Assembly: GCA_964534375.1 (NCBI GenBank)
Contig: CAZHPN010000086.1
Coordinates: forward strand, 1-23,239
DNA: 23,239 nt
DNA from: an uncultured bacterium
Lineage (GTDB): Bacteria; Lernaellota; Lernaellaia; Lernaellales; Lernaellaceae
Reading direction: 5' to 3'
The notes under the pieces were generated by a model. It did no database searches. It saw nothing but the letters and a program-made list of their open reading frames with translations, and was not told where the DNA came from. Below, piece after piece: positions 8,425 to 17,329 of the stretch (position 1 is the first letter of the stretch; each line of letters starts with the position of its first letter). A program made the translations under genes and the position numbers.

Positions 8425-9706
8425 AGCCACCGTGAAATCCGGCCATCAGAAGAGCGAGGCCGGCAAACGATTAAGCACAATCATGTTCAGCGATTACGTG
8501 AATCTGCACCAACGGGCCCGCGACGGCGCCTTTGTGGTCTGGATCGCCATCGTCGTCCCCGCGGAATTGTTCGCCGGCTTTGACAACGTGGTGTATGGCG
8601 TGCCGGAAAGCCACGCCGCCATGAGTGCCGGAAAAGGCGTCGGTCCGTTGCAGTGCGAAAAGGCGGAACGGCTCGGCTACTCGCTGGATCTTTGCTCGTA
8701 TGCGCGGATCGACCTCGGAACCGCGTTCGACGGCGGCAAGGATTCTCCCACGATGGGCCTGCCCAAACCGCACCTGATCGTGTCGAACAACAACAACTGC
8801 TCGCTGCTGGTCAAGTGGTTCGACATTTATCATCGGACGTGGAATGTTCCGCACTTCCTTCTGGATGTGCCGTTTTGTTACGAACCGCAGAGCGCCCGCG
8901 ACCTCGACTATATCGTTGCCCAATACCGCGACCTGATCCGGACCATCGAAACTTTGAGCGGCCAGACGTTTCACATCGAGCGGGTCCGCGAGGCGCTGGA
9001 ACACACGCGGGACGCCCTGGCAAGCTGGAAACGCTTCCTGAAAACGGCGGCGTCGCGCCCGGCAGGTTTGACCGTCTTCGATTCCTTCGTGCAAATGGCC
9101 CCTTTCCTCACTTCACGGGGCACAAAGACCCTGGCCGAACATTACCGCCTGCTGGCCGAGGAGACCGAGGAAAATATCGCAAAAGGCGTCTTCCCCGTGC
9201 CCAATGAGCGATATCGGCTGCTTTGGGACAACATTGCCCCGTGGCATCAATTGAGCAAAATGTCATCGCGCCTGGCGTCGCTCGACGCGAACCTGATTGC
9301 GGCTTCCTACACCTATTGCATGGGCAGCCTGGAGGGCGAGTTCGATCTATATGCCTATGATGGCGGCGATCCGCTCCGCTATCTGGCGCGGACGCAAAAT
9401 TTCTCGATCTGCCCGCATGGGATGACGCTGCGTTTCCAGGCCATGCGCCGCGCCATCGACGCCCTGGGCATCGACGGCGTGATTTTCGCCAGCAACCGAA
9501 GCTGCAAAGTATATTCGGTCATGCAGATGGACCTGTTGAAGCGCGTAACTTCCGAGCTCGGCATTCCCGCCGTGATGATCGACGTCGATCATGCGGACGT
9601 GCGCAAATACAGCGAAGAGCAAGCTTTTACGCGCATCGAGGCGTTATTGGAGTTGATCGAAGCCCGGCGGAAAGAGCCGAAGAGCTTGCCCGGCCGCCCG
9701 GCTTGA
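8414..9706 (+). CDS. 2-hydroxyacyl-CoA dehydratase family subunit (HgdA/FldB/BcrB-like)
   Basis: PESHAA, GYSLDLCSYAR, NNNC, RLLWDNIAPW, NRSCK and TRIEALLE. GGAGG RBS before ATG 8414; overlaps the previous gene. Confidence 0.9.
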   Translation: MTNEATVKSGHQKSEAGKRLSTIMFSDYVNLHQRARDGAFVVWIAIVVPAELFAGFDNVVYGVPESHAAMSAGKGVGPLQCEKAERLGYSLDLCSYARIDLGTAFDGGKDSPTMGLPKPHLIVSNNNNCSLLVKWFDIYHRTWNVPHFLLDVPFCYEPQSARDLDYIVAQYRDLIRTIETLSGQTFHIERVREALEHTRDALASWKRFLKTAASRPAGLTVFDSFVQMAPFLTSRGTKTLAEHYRLLAEETEENIAKGVFPVPNERYRLLWDNIAPWHQLSKMSSRLASLDANLIAASYTYCMGSLEGEFDLYAYDGGDPLRYLARTQNFSICPHGMTLRFQAMRRAIDALGIDGVIFASNRSCKVYSVMQMDLLKRVTSELGIPAVMIDVDHADVRKYSEEQAFTRIEALLELIEARRKEPKSLPGRPA

Positions 9707-9740
9707 ATTATCGTCGGCGCATTCAAACGGAGTTTGAGCC

Positions 9741-10553
9741 ATGCCTGTCAAAACCGAGTGGATTCGCTATGGCGAGCACCTGGGCTATTTGGCCCGGCCC
9801 GACCGGGCAGCGGGGCCGCTTCCCGCGGTGATCGTGATCCAGGAGATTTGGGGAGTCGACGTGCACATCGAGGACGTCACACGGCGAATTGCGGCCGCCG
9901 GGTACGCCGCGCTCGCGCCCGATCTTTTTGCCGCCGACGGCGTCCGGCCTCCCGCGCTTTCGGCCGAGCGGATCGCCGTGCTCCAGGCCTTTATGAGCGC
10001 CCTGCCGCCGGGCGCCTGGGCCAACCCGGCCGTGTTCGACGCCGAACTGGCGAAACAGCCCGAGCCCGGCCGAACGCAGATTGGCGAGACTCGCAAAACT
10101 CTCTTTTCTAACTTGGAACGCCGCGAGCGGTTCGTGGCGCCTCTGACCGCGGCGGCGCAACACCTGCGCCGAGAACGAGACCTCGCCCAAGCGCAAAAAG
10201 TGGCTTGCGTCGGCTTCTGCATGGGCGGCGGACTTTCGGCGCTGCTCGCCTGCGAGAACCCGGAGCTGGCGGGCGCGGCCGTCTACTACGGCGCCTCGCC
10301 GCCCGCGGAGCAAATCCCGCGGATCGCCTGCCCGATCGTCGGTTTCTACGGCGGGCTCGACGAGCGGGTCAACAGCGGCGTGCCCGCGTTCGCCGAGGCG
10401 ATGAGGGCCGCAGGGAAAAGCTTCGAATACTGGACCTATGAAGGGGCCCTGCACGGCTTCTTCAACGACACGCGCCCGAGCTACAACGTGAAAGCAGCCC
10501 GCGATTCCTTTGCCCGCTTTCTGGAGTTCCTGCGGCGGACCATCGGCACGTGA
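9741..10553 (+). CDS. Dienelactone hydrolase family protein
   Basis: VIQEIWG, APDLF, GFCMGG nucleophile, YGGLD and HGFFNDTRPSY. Confidence 0.93.
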   Translation: MPVKTEWIRYGEHLGYLARPDRAAGPLPAVIVIQEIWGVDVHIEDVTRRIAAAGYAALAPDLFAADGVRPPALSAERIAVLQAFMSALPPGAWANPAVFDAELAKQPEPGRTQIGETRKTLFSNLERRERFVAPLTAAAQHLRRERDLAQAQKVACVGFCMGGGLSALLACENPELAGAAVYYGASPPAEQIPRIACPIVGFYGGLDERVNSGVPAFAEAMRAAGKSFEYWTYEGALHGFFNDTRPSYNVKAARDSFARFLEFLRRTIGT

Positions 10554-11818
10554 GCGGCGCGACGACTGACCCGGACGGCCGCCGCGCCGCCCGCCGCGCC
10601 GCCTTCGCGATCGCCCCGGGCGTTTTGTTCGCCGGCGTCGCGGGCGGCATTGCCTTTCCCATCCTGCCGATCGTGGGCCTGCACGCGGGCCTGCCGTTGC
10701 CGTTCATCGGGCTGATCCTGGCCGCGAACCGGATCGCGCGCATCTTCGCCAGCCCGGCCGTCGGCGTCCTGTGCGACCGGCTGGGCGGGCGGCTGATGCT
10801 GCTCGGCGGGCTCGTCGTCCAGATCGCGGTCATGGCGCTTTATTGGGCCGGCATCGCCTTCGATCGCCCCGGCATCTTTTTCCTGTTCGGGCGGCTGCTG
10901 CACGGCCCCGGCTCGGCCGGAATATTCGTCGCCGCCCAGGTGCTGGCGCTGCAGGCGGGCGGCCGCTTGCACGGCGGCATGACCGCGGGCATCGTGCGCG
11001 CCTCGCTCTCGGCGGGGATGCCCGTGGGGATGGTCGTGGGCGGCCTGCTCAGCGCGCGCTTCGGGGACCAGGCGACCTTCGCCGCGGCGATGGCGGCCGT
11101 GGCGGTCGCCGCCGTGGTCGCGTGGCTGCGCGTGCCGGACCTGCGCACGGCCGGCGCCGGGCAAGCGTCGATGCGCGCCCGGCTGCAGGTCATGGCCCAG
11201 CCGCGCGTGCTCGCCCTCGGGACCCTCAATTTCGCCACCTTTTTTTCGGCGCAAGGCACGGTGCTGACGACGCTGGTCCTGCTCATCGCCGCGCGCCATC
11301 TGACGCTCGACAGTCTGAGCGACAAGACCATGGCCTCGCTCAGCATGGGCGTGCTGGTGGTGTTCTCGGCGGGCGCCAGCGTGATCGCCGGGCGGCTGGG
11401 CGACCGCTGGCGCGCGCACACCGGCTTTGGCCTCGGCGGCATGGCGATCCTGATCGCGGGGCTCGTCGCCATGATCTGGGCCGACTCGCCGGCCGCGTTA
11501 TTCGCCGCGACCGGCCTGGTCGGCTGCGGCATGGGAACGATGAACCCGTCGCTGGTGGCGCTGGTGGGCCTTTTCGTCAAGGCCGAACTGCGCGGCAGCG
11601 CGGTCGGCGCAGTGCAACTCCTGGGCGACATCGGCGGGTCGCTCGGCCCGGTGGTCGGCGCCACGCTGCTCATGCGTTCGACCGGGGCGCCGTTTGCCGT
11701 CAGCGCCGTGGTGGTGGCGCTGGCGCTATTGATCGGTCCGTGGCTGGTCCGCGCGGAGCGAGCGTCGCGGGCCGGCGCCGAATTGGAAACGATCGCGGAA
11801 TCCCGGGGTGAACCATGA
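10550..11818 (+). CDS. MFS transporter
   Basis: About 12 hydrophobic segments, motif A-like GVLCDRLGGR and GRLGDRWR; GTGA overlap with the upstream stop. Confidence 0.9.
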   Translation: MSGATTDPDGRRAARRAAFAIAPGVLFAGVAGGIAFPILPIVGLHAGLPLPFIGLILAANRIARIFASPAVGVLCDRLGGRLMLLGGLVVQIAVMALYWAGIAFDRPGIFFLFGRLLHGPGSAGIFVAAQVLALQAGGRLHGGMTAGIVRASLSAGMPVGMVVGGLLSARFGDQATFAAAMAAVAVAAVVAWLRVPDLRTAGAGQASMRARLQVMAQPRVLALGTLNFATFFSAQGTVLTTLVLLIAARHLTLDSLSDKTMASLSMGVLVVFSAGASVIAGRLGDRWRAHTGFGLGGMAILIAGLVAMIWADSPAALFAATGLVGCGMGTMNPSLVALVGLFVKAELRGSAVGAVQLLGDIGGSLGPVVGATLLMRSTGAPFAVSAVVVALALLIGPWLVRAERASRAGAELETIAESRGEP

Positions 11819-13044
11819 CCGCGCCGCGCGATTGTCTGGTCATGGCCAAGCCGGCCGGGCCGCGGTGCAACCTGCGTTGCGAGTATTGCTACTACCTCGG
11901 CAAGGCCGAACTTTTTCCGGCGGGCGAGCCGTGGCGCATGTCCGAGGAGCTGCTCGAGCGGTACATCGCCGAGCGTCTCGCCGCCGCGCCGGGCCCGGCC
12001 GTGCACTTCGAGTGGCACGGCGGCGAGCCGACGCTACTCGGGCTCGATTATTTCCGCCGCATTGTGGAGCTGCAGCGGCGGCATGCGTCGCCCGGCCTCA
12101 AAATCGCGAACGGCCTGCAGACCAACGGCGTGCTCCTCGACGAAGCGTGGGCGGATTTCCTCGCGGCCGAGCGCTTCTCGGTGGGGCTGAGCCTCGACGG
12201 ACCGGCCGACCTTCACGACGTCTACCGGCGCGCGGCCGATGGGCAGCCGACTCATGCCGACGTCGTGCGGGCTTTCGCCCTGCTGTCGCGGCGCGGCGTC
12301 CATGTCGATGTGCTCTGCGTCGTGCACGCGGCGAACGCGGCGGAACCGCTCCGGGTCTATCAATTTTTTCGGGAACTCGGGGTCAGGCATCTCCAGTTCC
12401 TGCCCCTCGTCGAACGCTGCGCCGGCGCCCCGGGCATCGTGACCCCGCGGACGGCCCGCCCGGAGGCGCTGGGGGAATTCCTGTGCGCCGTCTTCGACCG
12501 CTGGATCGCGCGCGACCTGGGCCGCGTCGTGATTCAGTTCTTCGACGAGGCGCTCCGGCCGGCGCTGGGGCTGCCGCACGCGCTGTGCATTTTCCGCGAG
12601 ACGTGCGGCGAGGCCATCGTGCTGGAGCATGACGGCGGGCTCTACGCGTGCGACCATTTCGTCGATCCTGCTCATCGGCTGGGCAACCTGCGCGACCGGC
12701 CGCTCGCCGAGCTCACGGCCGATCCCGCGCTGGTCGCGTTCGGCGAGGCGAAGCGCGACCGCCTGCCGCGCCGGTGCCGCCGCTGCGACGTGCTCGCCTG
12801 GTGCAACGGCGGCTGCCCCAAGGACCGCATCGTGACGCAGGGGCCGGGTGAAGGCGCGTTGTCGTTCCTTTGTCCGGCTTACCGGCGGTTCTTCCGGCAC
12901 TGTCGGCCGGTCATGGCGCGGCTGTCTGCGCACTGGCGCGCCGGGCTGCCGCTCGGCGATTTCGTCGCCTTTCCAGAGGCCGCTCGGCGGCCGAATGAGC
13001 AAGCTAAACACAGCGGGCGCCGAGGGAAGACGCAGAGAGCTTAG
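11815..13044 (+). CDS. Anaerobic sulfatase maturase-like radical SAM/SPASM enzyme
   Basis: AKPAGPRCNLRCEYCYY, WHGGEPTL, LQTNG, SLDGP, CIFRETCG, YACDHFV and CRRC..CNGGCPKDR; ATGA overlap with the MFS gene. Confidence 0.92.
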   Translation: MTAPRDCLVMAKPAGPRCNLRCEYCYYLGKAELFPAGEPWRMSEELLERYIAERLAAAPGPAVHFEWHGGEPTLLGLDYFRRIVELQRRHASPGLKIANGLQTNGVLLDEAWADFLAAERFSVGLSLDGPADLHDVYRRAADGQPTHADVVRAFALLSRRGVHVDVLCVVHAANAAEPLRVYQFFRELGVRHLQFLPLVERCAGAPGIVTPRTARPEALGEFLCAVFDRWIARDLGRVVIQFFDEALRPALGLPHALCIFRETCGEAIVLEHDGGLYACDHFVDPAHRLGNLRDRPLAELTADPALVAFGEAKRDRLPRRCRRCDVLAWCNGGCPKDRIVTQGPGEGALSFLCPAYRRFFRHCRPVMARLSAHWRAGLPLGDFVAFPEAARRPNEQAKHSGRRGKTQRA

Positions 13045-13062
13045 CGCGGCAAAGCCGCACCA

Positions 13063-13198
13063 GATTTCGGATTGCGGATTGCGGATTGCGGACCGAGCCG
13101 GCGCGGGGCCCGCGTGGTTTTCTCGCGCCCGGTTGGCGAACGGGCATGGCGCCGAAAATCCGATGAGTCCCATTGGCCCCATAAGTCCCATTAATCCC
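13063..13198. repeat. Heptamer (GATTGCG)x3-4 array plus degenerate 9-mer (ATAAGTCCC-like) x4 array
   Basis: gatttcg gattgcg gattgcg gattgcg at 13063-13090; atgagtccc attggcccc ataagtccc attaatccc at 13163-13198. Confidence 0.8.
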
Positions 13199-13199
13199 A

Positions 13200-13819
13200 G
13201 GCGCAACAACGGTGCAGCGAAAATCTTGGCGCAGGTCCATTTGCCGCCCGTTTTGTGCAGCGCGAATCCGCCAGCAATTTGACCTGAATACACCGCCGCG
13301 GACGCCCGACAACGTCTTCGTCGCGCCGCTGTTCATGCCCGACCACGAGAAGCCGTCATAGCGCAGAATCACGCCGCCGGCGCCCACCGCGAGCACATCG
13401 GAGAAAGAACTGCCCCAAACGCCCGACAACATCTCGGCCGTCCCGCTCGCCATCGCCGACCACGTGGTGTCGTCGTCATCATCGGGAGATTGGTCATCAT
13501 TGTCATTGTCGTCATTGTTGTCGTCGTTGTCGTCGTTGTCGTCGTCGTTGTCGTCGTCGTTATCGTTGTCATTATCATCGTCATTGTCGTCGTCATCGTC
13601 CGGCGATTGGTCATCGTTGTCGCCATCGTCGTTCGGGCTGGCGTCATCGTCGTCATCCGCCGGGCTGGCGTCGTTGTCGTCGTCATCCGCCGGCGGCGAG
13701 GCGTCATCGTCGATGGCGGTCTTGCTGGTCGACGACCCGCCGGCGCATGCGGCGAGCAGCGCGGCGAGGAAAAGAATCGCGGCCAACCGGATCGCCAGCA
13801 AAACACGCCGCTTGCACAT
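13200..13819 (-). pseudogene. Truncated/frameshifted lipoprotein with an Asp-rich linker and the start of a beta-propeller-like repeat domain
   Basis: MCKRRVLLAIRLAAILFLAALLAA-C lipoprotein signal, about 80-aa D/N-rich tract, then WSAMASGT..LSGVWGSSFSDVLAVGAGGVILRYDGFSW. The repeat pattern is lost near 13295, while another frame reads GGFALHKTGGKW. The 3' boundary is approximate. Confidence 0.6.
13469..13715 (-). repeat. Low-complexity GAC/GAT/AAC codon tract (poly-Asp/Asn)
   Basis: Runs of tcg/tca/ttg triplets on the plus strand; repeated DDDDxxSP units. Confidence 0.9.
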
Positions 13820-14096
13820 CGTTCGCTCCCGCGCCGTGGTCATCTCGGCGGGCCGTGAACGGCTGCATTTCATGGCGTTGCCTCCGAACATGAGCCCGTC
13901 CCGGCTTCAAAACATCTGGGATAATCGGTTGCTGTTTCCAGAGATACGCGCCCCAGTTGACAGAGTCAACGTGAAACAAGCGCAGCGTTGGCGCATCTGT
14001 TCGCGGCGGCCGGCGCTTGCGGCCGACACAGCGGGATTCGGGATTCGGGCAATCGACAGATTACGTAGTGCTTGAGTCCGAAAGTTCGGTGATGTA

Positions 14097-15256
14097 TTAC
14101 GCAGCGGCGACTTTGGCGGCGGCGGCGAGCGGGATCGCCAGTTTCGCCAAGACTTTGTTCATATCGGCTCGGCCCGGGTGAATTTCCATTCAAAGGGTTT
14201 GGCGACGAATTCATAGTGGCGTTCGAACGCCGACAGTTGGCGTTCTAGATCGGCCAGGGCGGGGAAGTCATTGGGCGTCAAAACCTTTCGTTGGACGATG
14301 GAGAAATAGACCTCGACTTGGTTCAGCCAACTGTCGTGCACCGGCGTGTGAACCGGGACGATCGTTGGCCACCGTTCCGGCAGACGAAGATCCGACCGTT
14401 GGCCGCGGTGCGCCGAGCCGTTGTCCATGATCCAGAACACGCGTTCGGCCGAGCGATAGGGCTTCTGGTCTATCACTTGCTCGACCAACCGCTGAAACGG
14501 CGCGACGCCGCCCCGGCGTTCGCATCGGCCAAAGATTTTCGCGCGGCGGACGTCCCACGCCGCGAAATAGGTCCACGCCCCCATTTGATGGTGCTCGTGC
14601 TCCACGCGCATCGCCTCCCCGGCGGCGGGCGGCCGCGTGGCGTGCAGACGACGCTGGGCTTGAATGCGGGTCCTCTCGTCGGTGCACAGCACGGAATCCT
14701 TGTCGGTCAAGGGTTGCCTTCCCAGATCCCGGCGAAGAGATCCAGCACGTGCCCGGCCTTCGCCGCGAACTGCGGATCCCGCGGGAAGATCCAGCTTCGA
14801 TGACGCCAAGGCCGGATCGCATCCTCCGTCAGCCATCGCCAAATCGTGGTGTCGCCGACGGCCGCCACCAAGCCGCGGCGGATCGCTTCTCGGCGAATTT
14901 CGGGAAACCTGAGTTGGGACAGCGGCAGGCGATGCTCGTGCGGCAGTTCGCAGGCCAGCGCCTTAACGGCCACGATGACGTCCGGGGGGGGAAATGGCCG
15001 GACGACCGCGACGCGGGGCTTCCTCCAGCCCGGCCAAACCCGCCGTAAAAAAGCGTTTCCGCCACTTGCTGACGATTTGCCGCGGCGTGTCCAGCCGCGA
15101 CGCGATTTGATCGTTCTCTAGCCCTTGCGCGGCGTACAGGATGATCTTCGCACGGATCACTTCGCGATACGATGACGTATATTTTCTGGCCGTGGATTCC
15201 AGAACAGCGCGAGTGCTGGGGTCCAGAGCGATCACATATTGGCTTTTTCTCGGCAT
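14097..15256 (-). pseudogene. IS630-family transposase, split over several frames
   Basis: HTH (RAKIILYAAQG..VSKWRKRF..RRGRP), KALACELP..IRPWRHRSWIFPRDP, and DDE residues in TDE, MDNGSAH and WLNQVE. Frame breaks at the C8 run (14984-14991), near 14715 and at 14164-14173. Confidence 0.88.
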
Positions 15257-15279
15257 AACCGCCTCCTTTGTTGGACGCA

Positions 15280-15308
15280 ATTATGAGCCGCAACTCGTCG
15301 CACGTCAA
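15280..15308 (-). promoter_or_regulatory. Putative sigma70 promoter of the IS630 transposase
   Basis: TTGACG-17 nt-CATAAT, followed by an AAAGGAGG RBS and ATG 15256. Confidence 0.65.
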
Positions 15309-15400
15309 TAATATTACGTAATCGTATTTAATGATTGCACTACTAAGCCCTCTGTGCCTTCCCCTGTGCCTGCGGTGTTTAGATTCCCATATTCCCGAAC

Positions 15401-17095
15401 CTACGAAAGCCGCACCAGCGTCTCCTGGCGGAAGCGATGCTCCGGGTCGTTGCGCACCAACTCGGCGGCCAGCGCCCGTCCGTAGCGTTCGAGAATCGCC
15501 AGCACCGGCGGCGCGTCCGTCTTGCCCAGCGCCGAACGCAGCCAGCGGGCGAGGTCGCGCCGCTTCGCCGCCGGCAGGTCGGCCCGGCCGCGGGCGACGG
15601 TCATGAGCGGCGCGAGCGTCGTCAGGTCGGCCCCGGCCAGCGGTTCGGGCGACGGTTCCCGGCCCAGCAGATCGCGGCCGAGAAACGTATTGAACAGCAC
15701 GCGGTAGCTGAGCTCGACGGGGTCCGCGATGTTGCAGCCGGCCAGATCCAGGCCGCGGATTTTTTCCGGCGTAAAGCCGAAGCGGCCGCCCATCAAGTCG
15801 ACGAACCGCTCGGCGATCTCGACTACCCGGCGCGTCTCGAGCACCTGCGCCATTTCGGTCCAGAGTTGGTCGACGCCGTCCGCCCGGCGCGTCGGTTCCG
15901 CCGCGAGCAGGCCGGCAAGTGCGTCGCCCTCGGGGCCGTCGAGCAGCAGCTTGTTCGGGCTCCGTCCGTCGACGGCCAATCGGGGCAGCAGCTTGTGCAC
16001 GCGCCGCGCTTCGTTCATCACCAGCGTGCGTCCGATCTTATGGATGTCGATGACGCGGCTCTCGACCAACTGCGCCGCGGCCTTGACCGGATCATCGCCG
16101 ACCAGGTGCTCCAGCCCGATGCTGATGTAACCGTCGGTGCGCGCGACCAGGCGGCTGACGCGGTCGAGTTCCAGGAACGGTGTCTTTTCGGCAACGGTGG
16201 CCATGTTGGCCAGACCCATGATTTCGACGGCGACGTCGTCGCGGCCGTCGAACGGCAGGGCGAGCGCCCGCCGCAGCAGCGAATCGCGATGCTCGTACTT
16301 GACCAGGTACCGCGAGCCGCTGATCCGCGCCCCCGGTTCCTTGGATTTCTGCAACGGCGCGGTCTTGCGGCCGGGCTGAAACCGTTCGAGATCCACCGTC
16401 ACGAGGATTTCCAGCGATTGGTAATAATCCGGGAAGCCGCGGCTTTCCAGGCGCTTGACGCGGTCCTCGTACGCGGCCTCCTCGGTTTCCGTGCCGGTTT
16501 CCCAATGGATCGCTTCCAGCAGGTTGAGAAAGAAATCCACGTCCAGTTGCGCGATACGGGCGAACAGGCCGTTGATCAGCTTGCTGATTTCCACGCTGCA
16601 GGTGTACTCGATCAAGTGGCGGTTGTCGGGCGTGACGAACGTGACGCCGTCGATGTCGAATTCGTCGTTGCGGTCGTCGAGGATGTGGATGGTCAGGTGC
16701 GCGCCGAAAAACGCGACCAGCAGCGCCAGGTCCATCTCCTGGACGTCGCGAATAAACGCGTCGTCGTCGAGTTCGTTGAGCAGCAGGAACCAGGTCCGCG
16801 CCTTGGCCAGGTCAAGGCGGTCGCGGTCCCAACAATCGATGTCGATGAACCCCTGCACCTGCTCGGTGGAGGCCATTTCCAGCAGTTCGAGCGCGTCCTG
16901 CGTGCCGATTTCCTGCAACATCAAGTACAGGCTCTCGGTCGGAATCAGCGCGACAATCTCCGCCGGTTGCGGATGCTCGAGCAGCAGCTTGTACGCGTCG
17001 GGCGCGCTCAGACCGGCCAAGAGCCCCACGCCGTCCTCCGGCGCCGCCGCCGCCATCGCCCCGGCCAACTCGTTCGTTTGCACTTTGTCGGTCAT
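15401..17095 (-). CDS. Conserved hypothetical protein, DUF6178-like
   Basis: Long ORF with GC-rich third positions. Motifs QVQGFIDIDCWDRD and EEAAYEDRVKRLESRGFPDYY resemble DUF6178 as recalled (not searched). AAAGGGG RBS supports ATG 17095. Confidence 0.7.
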   Translation of the reverse strand: MTDKVQTNELAGAMAAAAPEDGVGLLAGLSAPDAYKLLLEHPQPAEIVALIPTESLYLMLQEIGTQDALELLEMASTEQVQGFIDIDCWDRDRLDLAKARTWFLLLNELDDDAFIRDVQEMDLALLVAFFGAHLTIHILDDRNDEFDIDGVTFVTPDNRHLIEYTCSVEISKLINGLFARIAQLDVDFFLNLLEAIHWETGTETEEAAYEDRVKRLESRGFPDYYQSLEILVTVDLERFQPGRKTAPLQKSKEPGARISGSRYLVKYEHRDSLLRRALALPFDGRDDVAVEIMGLANMATVAEKTPFLELDRVSRLVARTDGYISIGLEHLVGDDPVKAAAQLVESRVIDIHKIGRTLVMNEARRVHKLLPRLAVDGRSPNKLLLDGPEGDALAGLLAAEPTRRADGVDQLWTEMAQVLETRRVVEIAERFVDLMGGRFGFTPEKIRGLDLAGCNIADPVELSYRVLFNTFLGRDLLGREPSPEPLAGADLTTLAPLMTVARGRADLPAAKRRDLARWLRSALGKTDAPPVLAILERYGRALAAELVRNDPEHRFRQETLVRLS

Positions 17096-17119
17096 CGTCG
17101 CCCTTTCGTTCGCTCGTTG

Positions 17120-17148
17120 ATTGTAGTGCCGCACCGGCAGGCGGGCAA
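17120..17148 (-). promoter_or_regulatory. Putative sigma70 promoter for the DUF6178-like gene
   Basis: TTGCCC-17 nt-TACAAT, 24 nt upstream of the ATG. Confidence 0.55.
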
Positions 17149-17187
17149 TGAAGAAAGAGGCTGGGAGGCCGAGAGGCTGGGCGGCCG

Positions 17188-17236
17188 GCAGTCGGCTTCG
17201 TGGGGGCGAACCTCGTGTTCGCCCGGCCGACTCTGC
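17188..17236 (+). repeat. REP-like palindrome
   Basis: GTGG + GGGCGAAC-CTCGT-GTTCGCCC (17200-17224), enclosed by AGTCGGC/GCCGACT. GTRG followed by a hairpin is the layout of RAYT-type REPs. Confidence 0.6.
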
Positions 17237-17329
17237 GTGACCCCTGGCGGGGAAAAAACACCCCTCGGGAAAATGATTTCGTCGATCGCGTTGATCCTCC
17301 TCCGAAAGGACCCCCGGTTGTCAAGATAT

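Larger units (their letters stand above)
14066..15342 (-). mobile_element. IS630-family insertion sequence, decayed, about 1.28 kb
   Basis: Both ends read TAGTGC inward (14066-14071 and complement of 15337-15342), consistent with a TA target duplication and an imperfect terminal IR. Encloses HTH and DDE transposase pieces. Confidence 0.82.

Noticed and set aside
12034..13293. 419-aa minus-strand ORF
   Set aside because: Mostly antisense to the radical SAM gene; only its first ~25 codons may be a frameshifted tail of the lipoprotein pseudogene.
13369..14075. Poly-Thr, poly-Ser and poly-Val ORFs
   Set aside because: Alternative frames of the poly-Asp codon tract; only the Asp frame has a lipoprotein signal and a downstream domain.
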